From: an uncultured Actinomycetota bacterium
Lineage (GTDB): Bacteria > Actinomycetota > Actinomycetes > Propionibacteriales > Nocardioidaceae
Reading direction: 5' to 3'
DNA: 64,000 nucleotides
NCBI GenBank assembly: GCA_963781545.1
Contig: CAWAGN010000016.1
Location: forward strand, 30,666-94,665
Made by a program: the position numbers and the translations under genes. A model generated the notes under the pieces. It did not search any database. It worked only from the letters and a program-made list of their open reading frames with translations, and was not told where the DNA came from. Shown one piece after another: positions 38,625-48,735 of this stretch; positions within the stretch are counted from its first letter, which is position 1; each line of letters starts with the position of its first letter.

Positions 38625-39140
38625 CTAAATCAGTTCGGACCGCGCCTGCGCGAGGGCGTGATCGGCCAGGTCGCGCACGGCGGGGTCGTCGGGGTCCACG
38701 CCCTCGTCGTACTCCACGAACCAGGCGACGTCACCTCCGGTCGGCGGTCGTCTGGCGATCACGTTGAACCCGCTGCGCCCGCGTACGACGGACCGCCGCT
38801 GGAGGACCACCGACGCGGTCACCCGCTCGCGCATCAGCTCCAGGAGCCGGCCCGGCTCGGCAAGCGTGAACCGGTGCACCGGCCGGGAGAGCCCCCACTC
38901 CCCCACCTCGGAGACCTCGAGCGTCGACTCGTCGCGCTCCCAGCTGGCCTGCGCGACCTGCTCCCAGGGAATGCGGCTGTGCTGGGCGTCGCCGACCACC
39001 ACGAAGGCCGAGCGGGTGCCCAGGAGCCAGACGCCGGCGCTCTCGGTCGACGCCAGCACCTTCTCCCCCCGAGCCAGCTCGGCGCGGGCCAGCACCGCGG
39101 CCGGGGGCGCCTCCGGTCGCGCCTGCGCCCCGAACCGCAT
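38625..39140 (-). CDS. Conserved actinobacterial hypothetical protein coupled to dnaG
   Basis: TGATG overlap with dnaG; IPWEQVAQASW...LMRERVTASVVLQ pattern (PH-like, inference). Confidence 0.7.
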   Translation of the reverse strand: MRFGAQARPEAPPAAVLARAELARGEKVLASTESAGVWLLGTRSAFVVVGDAQHSRIPWEQVAQASWERDESTLEVSEVGEWGLSRPVHRFTLAEPGRLLELMRERVTASVVLQRRSVVRGRSGFNVIARRPPTGGDVAWFVEYDEGVDPDDPAVRDLADHALAQARSELI

Positions 39141-41011
39141 CAGCTCCCGCCGACGGCGAGCTCACGCAGGTTGCGCCGGTGCTGCTCGAGGGCGACCAGC
39201 TCACCGAACATCCGGTTGTAGTCCGCGGCCTGCTCGACCGGGTTGGTGCGCTGCAGCCTGGACTTCAGGTCAGCGATCCGGCGGAGCGCCGTGAGCTCCT
39301 GGAGCCGGAAGAAGTGCACGGCCACGTAGCCCTCGTCGGGCTCCTTCGCGGTCAGCAGCGGTTCGACCGCGACCGCGCTGAGCAGTCCCTGGACGGTCGG
39401 GTCGTCGGAGGCCGCGCGCAGGTCGACGGGCCACTGTGCACCCGCGGCGCTCGGCCCACCACAGCGGACCACGGTCTCCCAGAGCGCGCGGTAGGCGGGG
39501 TGGGTGAAGTCGTCGGGCCCGACGTCCTTGGTGGCGACACCGGTCAGCCGTGGGTGCTGCACGACGAGCTTGAGCGTCTCGCGCTCGATGGTGAGCCGCG
39601 GGTCGCGAGCGTCGGGCATCGGCAGTCCTTGGCGCGCGGCGGACGTGCTCGGCGCGGCGGACGTGCCGGTGGCCGGGCTGGACGACTTCGCGGCGGCCCG
39701 TCGTACCTCCCGGCGGGCGTCGTCGACCTCGATCCCGAGCATGCCGGCCAGCTCGCGTGCGAACGCGTCGACCTTGGACCGGTCGCGGATCGAGGACACC
39801 AGCTTGGCCGCCTCGCGCAGCGCGTCGATCCGGCCGTCGGCGCGGTCGAGGTCGTAGCGGTGCACGACGTTGCCCAGCACGAAGCGGTACAGCGGCACCC
39901 GTCTCGCGACCAGCTCGCGCACGGCGGCGTCGCCCTTCTGCAGCCGGAGGTCGCACGGGTCGAGGCCGCCGGGCTCGATCGCGACGTAGGTCTGGGACAC
40001 GAACTGCTGATCGCCGCCGAACGCGCGCAGCGCCGCCTTCTGCCCCGCCTCGTCGCCGTCGAAGGTGAAGATCACCTCGCCGCGGAACTCCTCGTGGTCG
40101 TGCAGCAGCCGGCGTACGACGCGCGCGTGGTCGTCACCGAACGCCGTGCCACAGGTCGCGACGGCGGTCATCACGCCGGACAGGTGGCAGGCCATCACGT
40201 CGGTGTAGCCCTCGACCACCACGCAGTGCGACGACCGGGCGATGTCGCGCCGGGCCAGGTCGATGCCGTAGAGCACCTGGCTCTTCTTGTAGATCGGCGT
40301 CTCGGGGGTGTTGAGGTACTTCGCCTCGATCCGGTCGTCGTCGAAGATCCGTCGCGCACCGAACCCGATCGTGTCGCCGCTGGTGTCGCGGATCGGCCAC
40401 ATCAGCCGACCGCGGAACCTGTCGTAGTGGCCGCGGCCCTGACCGATCAGGCCGGACGCGACCAGCTCCTCGTCGCCGAACGAGCGCGCCTTGAGGTGTC
40501 GGTAGAGGTCCTCGCCCCCGCGCGGGGAGAAGCCGACCCCGAACGTCGCCGCCGCATCCTGGTCGAAGCCGCGCTGGTCGAGGAACTGCCGCGCGGCCAG
40601 CGCCTCGGGGGTGGCCAGCTGGTCGACGTAGTACGCCGCGGCGACCTTGTGCGCCTCGATCATCCGCGGCCGTTGCGGTCCACCGCTGGGCCGGGCCGGG
40701 CCGCCCTCCTCGTAGCGCAGCTGGACGCCGACCTTCTCGGCCAGCCGTTCCACGGTGTCGGCGAAGGTGAGGCCGTCGATCTTCATCAGGAAGGAGATGA
40801 CGTCGCCGCCCTCCTGGCAGCCGAAGCAGTGGTAGAACCCCCGGGACGGGTTGACGTTGAACGACGGCGACTTCTCGTCGTGGAACGGGCACAGGCCCTT
40901 GAAGGATCCGCCGCCGGCGCTGCGGAGCGTGACGTACTGGGAGACCACGTCGTCGATGCGCACCTTCTCGCGCACCTCGGCGATGTCCTCCTCGCGGATC
41001 CGGCCTGCCAC
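39140..41011 (-). CDS. dnaG: DNA primase
   Basis: CHC2 zinc finger CPFHDEKSPSF..HCFGC, KYLNTPET, VVEGYTD and FDGDEAG Toprim motifs. Confidence 0.97.
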   Translation of the reverse strand: MAGRIREEDIAEVREKVRIDDVVSQYVTLRSAGGGSFKGLCPFHDEKSPSFNVNPSRGFYHCFGCQEGGDVISFLMKIDGLTFADTVERLAEKVGVQLRYEEGGPARPSGGPQRPRMIEAHKVAAAYYVDQLATPEALAARQFLDQRGFDQDAAATFGVGFSPRGGEDLYRHLKARSFGDEELVASGLIGQGRGHYDRFRGRLMWPIRDTSGDTIGFGARRIFDDDRIEAKYLNTPETPIYKKSQVLYGIDLARRDIARSSHCVVVEGYTDVMACHLSGVMTAVATCGTAFGDDHARVVRRLLHDHEEFRGEVIFTFDGDEAGQKAALRAFGGDQQFVSQTYVAIEPGGLDPCDLRLQKGDAAVRELVARRVPLYRFVLGNVVHRYDLDRADGRIDALREAAKLVSSIRDRSKVDAFARELAGMLGIEVDDARREVRRAAAKSSSPATGTSAAPSTSAARQGLPMPDARDPRLTIERETLKLVVQHPRLTGVATKDVGPDDFTHPAYRALWETVVRCGGPSAAGAQWPVDLRAASDDPTVQGLLSAVAVEPLLTAKEPDEGYVAVHFFRLQELTALRRIADLKSRLQRTNPVEQAADYNRMFGELVALEQHRRNLRELAVGGS

Positions 41012-41079
41012 GCGGCGGAGTCTACGTGGACACGAGGACGTCCCCGATGGCTGTCGGCGGCTCCTCGTAACGTGGGCGC

Positions 41080-41649
41080 ATGGGCAAGGTGACCTACTAC
41101 ACCGCGGCGACCGTCGACGGCTTCATCGCCGATCCCGACGACTCGTTGCAGTGGCTGTTCGACGTGCCGCACATCTACGACGACGACGGCGGTGAGTGGG
41201 ATGCGTTCATCGGCCGGATCGGGGCGCTGGTGCTCGGGCGCACGACGTACGAGTGGGTGCTCGACCATGAGGACCTGCTCGCCCACCCGGAGCGCTGGCA
41301 CGGCATGTACGGCGACCGGCCGAGCTGGGTGTTCAGCCACCAGGACCTGCCACCGGTGCCCGGGTCGGACCTCCGGTTCGTGCAGGGCGAGGTCGCCGAG
41401 CACGCGGCCGGGATCGTGGCCTCGGCGGGCGACCGTGACGTCTGGGTCGTCGGCGGGGGCGACCTGGTCGGGCAGTTCGACGACGCCGGGCTGCTCGACG
41501 AGATCGTGGTGTCGGTGGTGCCGGTGTTCCTCGGCGCCGGCGCTCCCCTGCTCCCCCGCCGGCTGACCTCAGAGCGGGTCTCGCTGCGCGAGGTCACCAG
41601 GCACGGTCAGCGAGTCAGGCTGGACTACGACGTTCGCCGACCCCGCTGA
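41080..41649 (+). CDS. Dihydrofolate reductase-like (RibD C-terminal) protein
   Basis: TVDGFIAD, LGRTTYEW and WVVGGGDL..QF...GLLDE motifs. Confidence 0.87.
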   Translation: MGKVTYYTAATVDGFIADPDDSLQWLFDVPHIYDDDGGEWDAFIGRIGALVLGRTTYEWVLDHEDLLAHPERWHGMYGDRPSWVFSHQDLPPVPGSDLRFVQGEVAEHAAGIVASAGDRDVWVVGGGDLVGQFDDAGLLDEIVVSVVPVFLGAGAPLLPRRLTSERVSLREVTRHGQRVRLDYDVRRPR

Positions 41650-41703
41650 CCGACCGTCCCTTCGGGGGTGTCGGACTCCGCGCCCGGCTGCTTGTGTGGA
41701 GGG

Positions 41704-42021
41704 ATGAAGAAGCTTCCGCTGTTGATCGCCGCCGGGATCGGCTACGTGCTGGGCACGAAGGCCGGTCGCGAGCGCTACGACCAGATCCGCGACGCCGCGC
41801 TGAAGGTGCGCAACGACCCGCGCGTGCAGGAGAAGGCCCAGCAGGCCTCCGACCTGGCCCGCGAGCAGGCGCCCGTCATCAAGGACAAGGTGGCCGAGAG
41901 TGCGCACGCCGCGGCCGACAAGGTGAAGAGCGGCGCCGGCTCCAGCGACCCGGGTGACCAGCTCAACCCCGAGAGCACCCACTTCCAGAAGGACCCCTAC
42001 CCGCAGGGTGACCTCCCGTAG
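41704..42021 (+). CDS. Small membrane-anchored hypothetical protein (YtxH-like)
   Basis: MKKLPLLIAAGIGYVLGTKAGRERYDQI pattern; GGAGG upstream. Confidence 0.75.
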   Translation: MKKLPLLIAAGIGYVLGTKAGRERYDQIRDAALKVRNDPRVQEKAQQASDLAREQAPVIKDKVAESAHAAADKVKSGAGSSDPGDQLNPESTHFQKDPYPQGDLP

Positions 42022-42039
42022 CCCGGCACGGGTGACCGG

Positions 42040-43689
42040 TCAGGGCTTGAAGGCCTTGCCGTCCATCGCGTGCGTCGGCCGGATTCCCAGCTCCGAGAGG
42101 ATCGTCGGCAGGATGTCGACGGACCGCATCTTCGCGCCCGGCACGGCACCCTTGGCCACCCCCGGGCCGGCGAACACGATCGGGATCCGCTGCACGGACT
42201 CCTGAGCGCCGCCGTGGTCGCCCCTGACGCCGTAGCTGGTGCTGCTGTCGAGCAGACCGATCACGTCCGGCCCGTAGCTCGCCGCCGTGGTGTCCACGAG
42301 CTCCTGCGCGTGCTTCTTGAGCCACTTCCGCTCGCTCTTCGACGCGGGTGCCGACGGGCTCTGCCAGGCGCGCACGTAGTGGTCGCCCTCCCGGTAGTAC
42401 GACGCCACCACGCCGGGCAGCGTCGACATCACGTCAGCTGCCTCGGTCAGCCGCGCGGGCGAGGCGTCGTCCAGCCAGGTGCGGATCGCCGAGTCCTGCA
42501 TGCTGGACCGCACGTTGCCCCCGGTGCCGTCGATCAGCTGCTGGATGGCCGGCTGGGGGGAGAGGTAGGACTCGTCGGCGTCGGCGCCGTAGTACCAGTT
42601 GAAGTTGCCACGCCCGGCGCCGTCGACGCCGTAGAAGTGCGTGGCCGAGAGCTGGGCATGGTCGGTGGTGAGCACGACCAGCGTCCGGTCGTAGAGACCC
42701 TTCTCCTTCAGCTTGGCGACCACCTTGCCCACCTGCGCGTCGGCGGTCGCGACGGCCGCGTCACGGTGGGTGGCGGCGTCGGCGCCGGCCGGGTAGGGCG
42801 GGTCGTCGGTGATGCCGCCCCACATGTGGCCGGCCTTGTCGATGCCGCCGAGGGTGAGGAGCAGTCCGCTCCAGTTCTCGTGGTCCATGATCTTGGTCGC
42901 CACGTCGGCGGTCCACACGTCGCCGCCCTGGTGCGCGGGGTCGTTGCCGGGAATGTCCCGGTCACCCTCGAGCGGGTACATCCAGGCCGGCGAGGTGGTC
43001 GAGGTGCCGTAGTCCTTGGCCCTGGCGGCGTTGACGTAGAACCGGCCACAGGTGGGGCTGCTGATGTACGACGGGACACCGAAGCCGGTCGGCCCCCGCC
43101 AGTTGAGGCCGCCTCCGTCACAGTCGAAGGCGCGGCCACCGAAGGTGATCCGCATGTCGGACCTCGGTCCGCTCATGGTGTACATCGCGTAGTTCTTCTG
43201 GCCGACCGTCGCCACGATCCGATCGGGGTACCTCGCCTTCAGGTAGTCGGCCAGCTTCGGGTAGCCGCCGTGCGTGATCAACGCGTCGAACTGGGGGCCA
43301 CCCATCGAGCCCGTGACGTACATCTGGTCGGCGCCGGCACCGAGCACGTTGTCGGTGTCGCGGTACCACTCGTCGCTCCAGCCCATGTGCTTGGGCAGCA
43401 GTCCGCTGGTCATCACGTTGTGGCTGACCACGGTCTCGGAGGCGAGGTGTCCGAGGTAGGCGTTCTGGTAGCTGACACCGCGGCTCATCAGCGCCGTCAG
43501 GTTCGGCATCGCCGTCGGGGTGACGTACTCCGGCCGCAGCTGGTCCAGCACGATCATCACGACGTGGTCGGGACCGGCCGACCTGGCCGACGGAGCGGAG
43601 ACGGCGGGTGACGGACCGGCCGCGCCGAGCGGAAGTCCGACAGCCAGACCGAGGCCGATGGCGAGACCGAGACGGGGCAGACGCTTCAC
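42040..43689 (-). CDS. Secreted alkaline-phosphatase superfamily (nucleotide pyrophosphatase/phosphodiesterase) enzyme
   Basis: Signal peptide; IVLDQLR, ETVVSHNVMTSG, DKAGH, TTDH and GDHGG metal ligands. Confidence 0.87.
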   Translation of the reverse strand: MKRLPRLGLAIGLGLAVGLPLGAAGPSPAVSAPSARSAGPDHVVMIVLDQLRPEYVTPTAMPNLTALMSRGVSYQNAYLGHLASETVVSHNVMTSGLLPKHMGWSDEWYRDTDNVLGAGADQMYVTGSMGGPQFDALITHGGYPKLADYLKARYPDRIVATVGQKNYAMYTMSGPRSDMRITFGGRAFDCDGGGLNWRGPTGFGVPSYISSPTCGRFYVNAARAKDYGTSTTSPAWMYPLEGDRDIPGNDPAHQGGDVWTADVATKIMDHENWSGLLLTLGGIDKAGHMWGGITDDPPYPAGADAATHRDAAVATADAQVGKVVAKLKEKGLYDRTLVVLTTDHAQLSATHFYGVDGAGRGNFNWYYGADADESYLSPQPAIQQLIDGTGGNVRSSMQDSAIRTWLDDASPARLTEAADVMSTLPGVVASYYREGDHYVRAWQSPSAPASKSERKWLKKHAQELVDTTAASYGPDVIGLLDSSTSYGVRGDHGGAQESVQRIPIVFAGPGVAKGAVPGAKMRSVDILPTILSELGIRPTHAMDGKAFKP

Positions 43690-43766
43690 GGGGACCTCCG
43701 GGGGCAGGATCCGGCGAACCTAGGAGCCCCGCTGGTCGACGGTCAAGGTGGTCTCGTACCAGCAGC

Positions 43767-44693
43767 TCAGTAGTCGCCGGTCATCTGGTTCTCCAGCGGC
43801 TGACCGGCGGCGAAGCGCTCGAGCTGCTCGCGCACCAGTCGGTGGGCACGCGGCCACATGGCGCTGCTGGCGCCGCCGACGTGCGGGGAGACCAGCAGCC
43901 GGGGTGCCTTCCACAGGGGGTGCCCGGCCGGCAGCGGCTCCGGCTCCACGACGTCGATCGCGGCAGCGATCCGCTCCGAGGTGAGCTCCGCGAGGAGCGC
44001 GTCGGTGTCGACGACTGCCCCTCGGGCGACGTTGACCAGCAGGGCGTCGTCCTTCATCCGGGCCAGGAAGTCGGCGTCCACCAGGCCACGCGTCTGGTCG
44101 GTCAGGGGCACCACGAGCACCACCACGTCCGCGTCCGGCACCAGTCCGGGCAGGTCCTCGAAGGCGTGCACGCCGTCGCGGGCCCGCCGAGCCACCTTGA
44201 CGACGTCGACCTCGAACGGCAGCAGCCGGCGCTCGATCGCCTCCCCGATGGCGCCGTGGCCGACGATCAGCACGCGCTTGTCGGCGAGTGCCGGCAACGG
44301 ACGCTGGTGCCACTCCTCGCGGTCCTGCTCCCGGACGAACTGCGGGATGCCGCGCAGCGAGGCCAGGGTCAGGGCCAGCACCAGCTCGGCGGTGGACGTG
44401 TCATGGATCCCGCGGCCGTTGCAGAGCAGCACGCCGTCCGGGACGTGCGGCGCGATGTGCTCCACACCGGCGGTCAGGGTCTGGACGACCCGCAGCCGTG
44501 GCATGGCGGTCATCAGCTCGGCGGCTCCGCGGGCGAAGTTGTACGGCGGGACGTAGACCTCGACCTCGTCGATGGATGCGGGTCGCTGCCAGTCGTCCTC
44601 GGTCGGGTCGACGCACTCGTAGCGCAGACCACCGGGGGCCGGGTCGAGGCGATCGGCGTCGAAGGGCAGCCAGACGAGCGGGTCCGAGGTCAT
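43767..44693 (-). CDS. D-2-hydroxyacid dehydrogenase
   Basis: IVGHGAIG, VNVARG, DVVEPEPL and SPHVGG motifs. Confidence 0.92.
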   Translation of the reverse strand: MTSDPLVWLPFDADRLDPAPGGLRYECVDPTEDDWQRPASIDEVEVYVPPYNFARGAAELMTAMPRLRVVQTLTAGVEHIAPHVPDGVLLCNGRGIHDTSTAELVLALTLASLRGIPQFVREQDREEWHQRPLPALADKRVLIVGHGAIGEAIERRLLPFEVDVVKVARRARDGVHAFEDLPGLVPDADVVVLVVPLTDQTRGLVDADFLARMKDDALLVNVARGAVVDTDALLAELTSERIAAAIDVVEPEPLPAGHPLWKAPRLLVSPHVGGASSAMWPRAHRLVREQLERFAAGQPLENQMTGDY

Positions 44694-44745
44694 GTGGGGA
44701 GCCTAGGAGACGGGGCCGGCCGTTGTGGAGTGGGCGACGCTCCCC

Positions 44746-45993
44746 TCAGCGCGTCAGCCGTGCGTGCCAGCCGACGGCGGAGACGTCCGTGAGCGAGGCG
44801 ATCTGGTCCAGCAGCACCCGAGTCCGCGCGGCGTCGTCGGTCGCGGACTCGTGGTCCACCCGGAACGCCGGGTCGAGCAGCCCGGGCCCGCCCGAGCCGA
44901 GGGCCTCGAAGAGCTCGTGCACCAGCAGCCGCTGCCGCTCCATCACCTCGAAGTGGCCCGGCGCCTCCATCACGAACCGCGCCGCCACTCCCTTGAGCAC
45001 CCCGATCTCCACGGCGGTCTCCTGCGGGACGACCAGGTCGGCGTCATGGCGAACCAGCGGCCCGGTCCCGTGGACCGCCCGGGTCGCGTGCTGGACGCTG
45101 CCGCAGAAGATCCCGATCACGTCGGAGGTCAGGTTCTTCAGGGCCGCCGAGGCGGCACGGCTCCCGTCGTACGGCGCCGTCGGCCAGGCCTCGATCGCGG
45201 AGAGCCGGTGGTAGGCCGCATCCAGCTCGTCGTCGTCGCAGTCGGGGAGGTACCAGCTGCGGACCGTCGTCCAGACGTCGTGCCGCAGACCGGTGTCGGC
45301 CAGGCCGGTGAGGTCGACCAGTCCGGCGACGACGCCGTCCTCGATGTCGTGCACGGAGTACGCGACATCGTCGGCCAGGTCCATCACCTGCGCCTCGACG
45401 CACAGCCGGGGGCCGGTGACTCCCTCCCGCAGCCAGCCGAACACCGGCTCCTCGTCGGCGTAGACCCCGAACTTCGTGGGGTCAGGACCGGCGCCCCGCT
45501 GCCAGGGGTACTTGGTGCAGGCGTCGAGGGTGGCCCGGGTCAGGTTCAGCCCGATCGAGCGACCGTGGGCGTCGGTGGACTTGGCCTCCAGCCGGGTCAG
45601 TATCCGCAGCGTCTGGGCGTTGCCCTCGAACCCACCGCAGTCCGCCGCGAGCGCGTCCAGGACTCGCTCACCGTTGTGGCCGAACGGCGGGTGCCCGAGG
45701 TCGTGGGCAAGGGCGGCGGTCTCCGCGAGATCGGGGTGGCAGCCCAGCACGTGCGCGACGTCGCGGGCCACCTGCGCCACCTCCAGGCTGTGCGTGAGCC
45801 GGTTGCGGACGAAGTCGTCGGTGGCCGGTCCGACCACCTGGGTCTTGGCGGCGAGCCGGCGCAGCGCGGCCGAGTGCACGACGCGGGCGCGGTCACGCTC
45901 GAAGGGCGTGCGCTCCGGGGCCGGCACCCGCTTGGCCGGCTCGTCGACCCACCGTGCCCGGGAGGCGGCGTCGTAGAGGTCGTCCCAGGTCAC
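44746..45993 (-). CDS. dgt: Deoxyguanosinetriphosphate triphosphohydrolase (HD family)
   Basis: RLAAKTQV, RNRLTHSLEVAQ, AHDLGHPPFGHNGE and DDVAYSVHD motifs; GTG at 45993 lies 7 nt after TACGCT. Confidence 0.93.
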   Translation of the reverse strand: MTWDDLYDAASRARWVDEPAKRVPAPERTPFERDRARVVHSAALRRLAAKTQVVGPATDDFVRNRLTHSLEVAQVARDVAHVLGCHPDLAETAALAHDLGHPPFGHNGERVLDALAADCGGFEGNAQTLRILTRLEAKSTDAHGRSIGLNLTRATLDACTKYPWQRGAGPDPTKFGVYADEEPVFGWLREGVTGPRLCVEAQVMDLADDVAYSVHDIEDGVVAGLVDLTGLADTGLRHDVWTTVRSWYLPDCDDDELDAAYHRLSAIEAWPTAPYDGSRAASAALKNLTSDVIGIFCGSVQHATRAVHGTGPLVRHDADLVVPQETAVEIGVLKGVAARFVMEAPGHFEVMERQRLLVHELFEALGSGGPGLLDPAFRVDHESATDDAARTRVLLDQIASLTDVSAVGWHARLTR

Positions 45994-46097
45994 CGGGCCG
46001 AGCGTAGTGGGCACCGGCTACAGCCAGCCGTCGCCGTCCGCCGTCAGCCCGCGAGAACGCGCCGAGCGGCGGGATCTCGGCGTGGACCTGCGACCGG

Positions 46098-46859
46098 TCA
46101 GCGGACGGGGTGGCCGGAGGCGGCGAGGGCGGACTTCACGTCGGCGATCCCGAGCGTGCCGAAGTGGAAGACGGTGGCGGCGAGGACGGCGTCGGCGCCG
46201 GCGTCGACGGCGGGCGGGAAGTGCTCGACGGCCCCCGCTCCCCCGCTGGCGATCACCGGGATCGACACCTCGGCGCGGACCAGCCGGATCAGCTCGAGGT
46301 CGAAGCCGTCGGTGGTGCCGTCGGCGTCCATCGCGTTGAGCAGGATCTCGCCGGCACCCAGGTCGGTCGCCCGACGGGCCCACTCCACGGCGTCGAGCCC
46401 GGCGCTCCTGCGGCCTCCGTGGGTGGTCACCTCGAAGCCCGACTCGGTGTCACCGCCGCGACGGGCGTCGAGCGAGAGGACCAGCACCTGGTTGCCGAAC
46501 CGGTCGGCGATCTCCGCGACCAGCCCGGGTCGGTGGATGGCCGCCGTGTTGACCGCGATCTTGTCGGCTCCGGCGCGCAGCAGGGTGTCGACGTCATCCA
46601 CCGAGGAGATCCCACCGCCGACGGTCAGCGGGATGAACACCTGCTCCGCGGTCCGCGAGACGATCTCGAGCGTGGTCGCGCGGCCCTCGTGCGAGGCCGA
46701 GATGTCGAGGAAGGTCAGCTCGTCGGCGCCTTGGGCGTCGTAGAGCCGCGCGAGCTCGACCGGGTCGCCGGCATCGCGGAGCTCACGGAAGTTCACGCCC
46801 TTGACCACGCGTCCGGCGTCCACGTCCAGGCACGGGATGACGCGTACGGCGAGCGTCAT
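46098..46859 (-). CDS. hisF: Imidazole glycerol phosphate synthase cyclase subunit
   Basis: [27 protein letters not shown] and PVIASGGAG motifs. Confidence 0.97.
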   Translation of the reverse strand: MTLAVRVIPCLDVDAGRVVKGVNFRELRDAGDPVELARLYDAQGADELTFLDISASHEGRATTLEIVSRTAEQVFIPLTVGGGISSVDDVDTLLRAGADKIAVNTAAIHRPGLVAEIADRFGNQVLVLSLDARRGGDTESGFEVTTHGGRRSAGLDAVEWARRATDLGAGEILLNAMDADGTTDGFDLELIRLVRAEVSIPVIASGGAGAVEHFPPAVDAGADAVLAATVFHFGTLGIADVKSALAASGHPVR

Positions 46860-46912
46860 GCGGGGTCCCCGCGGAAGCGCGAGCGAAGCGAGCGGTTCTC
46901 TGGGGCGATCAC
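46856..46912 (-). repeat. MIRU-like unit encoding an 18-aa coupled mini-ORF between priA and hisF
   Basis: GTGATCGCCCCAGAGAACCGCTCGCTTCGCTCGCGCTTCCGCGGGGACCCCGCATGA = (M)[21 protein letters not shown] and ATGA overlaps. Confidence 0.9.
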
Positions 46913-47643
46913 GGCCGGTCCGGCCAGGTGAGGGCGAGCGCGTCCTCGAGCGTGAACCGGCCCTCGTAGAGCGCGGTGCCGATGATCGCGCCCTCGACGC
47001 CTTCGTCGACGAGGTCCGTCAGCGCGGACAGGTCGGCGAGCTCGGTGATCCCGCCGGACGCCACCACCGGCGCCTCGGTGGCGGCGCAGACGTCGCGCAG
47101 CAGCTGGAGGTTGGGCCCCTGGAGCATGCCGTCCTTGTTGACGTCGGTGACCACGTAACGGGCGCACCCTTCGCTGTCGAGCCGGGCCAGCACCTCGTAG
47201 AGGTCACCGCCGTCACGGGTCCAGCCGCGCGCGGCGAGAGTGCGACCGCGGACGTCGAGGCCGATCGCGATCCGGTCACCGTGCTCGGCGATCGCGGCCG
47301 CGCACCACTCCGGCTGCTCGAGCGCCGCGGTGCCGATGTTGACCCGGCGGCAGCCCGTGGCCAGCGCCGCGCCGAGGGACTCGTCGTCGCGGATGCCCCC
47401 GCTCATCTCCACCCGGATGTCGAGGGCGCCGACGATGCGGGCCTGCAGGTCACGGTTGTCACCACGACCGAACGCCGCGTCCAGGTCGACCAGGTGCAGC
47501 CACTCCGCACCGGACTCCTGCCAGCGCAGCGCCGCCTCGACGGGGTCGCCGAAGTGCTTCTCCGAGCCCGCGACCCCCTGGACCAGCTGGACGGCCCGGC
47601 CGTCGGCGATGTCGACGGCGGGCAGTAGTTCGAGGTGGGACAT
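46909..47643 (-). CDS. priA: Phosphoribosyl isomerase A (HisA/TrpF bifunctional)
   Basis: [30 protein letters not shown] and SGGIRD motifs; actinobacterial PriA type. Confidence 0.93.
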   Translation of the reverse strand: MSHLELLPAVDIADGRAVQLVQGVAGSEKHFGDPVEAALRWQESGAEWLHLVDLDAAFGRGDNRDLQARIVGALDIRVEMSGGIRDDESLGAALATGCRRVNIGTAALEQPEWCAAAIAEHGDRIAIGLDVRGRTLAARGWTRDGGDLYEVLARLDSEGCARYVVTDVNKDGMLQGPNLQLLRDVCAATEAPVVASGGITELADLSALTDLVDEGVEGAIIGTALYEGRFTLEDALALTWPDRP

Positions 47644-47652
47644 GGGGTCCTC

Positions 47653-47976
47653 TCAGGCGATGAACACGACGAGCAGCGGGAGCAGCAGCAGAGTGACGGC
47701 GAAGGCGGCCAGCCGCGAGGGCCAGTCGTCGCGGAAGATCCAGACCAGCACCTGCACCAGCACCAGGGCCGAGACCAGCAGTCGCAGCCGGGTACGCCGA
47801 CGTTCGGCCAGGATGCCGGTCTGCCGGCCACCCGTGCGGCGGGGCAACCACCGGCCCAGCGCCTGCCTGCGCGCGCGGCTGCGCTCGGCGCGTTCCTGGG
47901 CCGCGGCGCGTGCTGCCTGCCTCACGGCGGCCTCGCGCTCCCGCTCGGCGCGACGGGAGGCGCGTTCCTTGCTCAT
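47653..47976 (-). CDS. Small basic membrane hypothetical protein inside the his operon
   Basis: MSKERASRRAERE coiled coil plus two C-terminal TMs. Confidence 0.7.
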   Translation of the reverse strand: MSKERASRRAEREREAAVRQAARAAAQERAERSRARRQALGRWLPRRTGGRQTGILAERRRTRLRLLVSALVLVQVLVWIFRDDWPSRLAAFAVTLLLLPLLVVFIA

Positions 47977-48029
47977 TCGGGGTCCACGGCCGAGCGCGAG
48001 CGCAGCGAGTGGTCGGTGGGGGTGTTCAC
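47973..48029 (-). repeat. MIRU-like unit encoding an 18-aa coupled mini-ORF after hisH
   Basis: GTGAACACCCCCACCGACCACTCGCTGCGCTCGCGCTCGGCCGTGGACCCCGAATGA = (M)[17 protein letters not shown]. Confidence 0.88.
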
Positions 48030-48670
48030 AGCGCCTCCACCCAGTTGCGGAGGAGCCGGGCACCCGCGTCGCCGGACTTCTCGGGGTGGAACTGGGTGGC
48101 GCAGAGCGGCCCGTTCTCGACCGCGGCCACGAACCTGTCGGTCCCGTTGCGTGGCCCGTGCTCGGTCCAGTGCACCAGCGGGGTCCGGGTCCTGCCGGTC
48201 GTGACCAGGTCCCAGCTCCGCACGCCGTAGGAGTGCACGAAGTAGAAGCGCTCCTGCTCGATGCCGGCGAAGAGCGTGCTCCCCGGCGCGACGTCGACGG
48301 TGTTCCACCCCATGTGAGGTACGACGGGCGCGCGCAACCGTTCCACCGTGCCCGGCCACTCGCCGCACCCCTCGGTGCTCACGCCGTGCTCGACCCCGTG
48401 GTCGAAGAGCACCTGCATCCCCACGCAGATCCCGAGCACCGGGCGTCCGCCCGCGAGCCGGCGGCCGATGATCTCCGCTCCGTGCACGGCCCGGAGCCCG
48501 TCCATGCAGGCCCGGTAGGCGCCGACACCGGGGACCACGAGTCCGTCACAGTCCTGGGCAGCCGCCCGGTCGGCGGTCAGCGTGACCTCGGCGCCGGCAC
48601 GTTCGAGGGCCCTGACGGCGGAGCGGACGTTGCCCGATCCGTAGTCCAGGACGGTGACCTGAGCGTTCAT
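48026..48670 (-). CDS. hisH: Imidazole glycerol phosphate synthase glutamine amidotransferase subunit
   Basis: [26 protein letters not shown] and TQFHPEKS motifs. Confidence 0.96.
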   Translation of the reverse strand: MNAQVTVLDYGSGNVRSAVRALERAGAEVTLTADRAAAQDCDGLVVPGVGAYRACMDGLRAVHGAEIIGRRLAGGRPVLGICVGMQVLFDHGVEHGVSTEGCGEWPGTVERLRAPVVPHMGWNTVDVAPGSTLFAGIEQERFYFVHSYGVRSWDLVTTGRTRTPLVHWTEHGPRNGTDRFVAAVENGPLCATQFHPEKSGDAGARLLRNWVEAL

Positions 48671-48735
48671 GCCTCTTCGGGGTCCCTGCGGGGGGATCGC
48701 GGAGCACCAGCGGAGCGATCCCGTGGGGTGATCAG
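48667..48735 (-). repeat. Divergent MIRU-like unit (65-bp period), 22-aa mini-ORF between hisB and hisH
   Basis: CTGATCACCCCACGGGATCGCTCCGCTGGTGCTCCGCGATCCCCCCGCAGGGACCCCGAAGAGGCATGA = (L/M)[25 protein letters not shown] and ATGA overlaps. Confidence 0.75.

Noticed and set aside
46856-48735. His-sensing attenuator peptides
   Set aside because: The mini-ORFs have at most one His codon, lie inside the operon, and have the same sequence at non-his loci.
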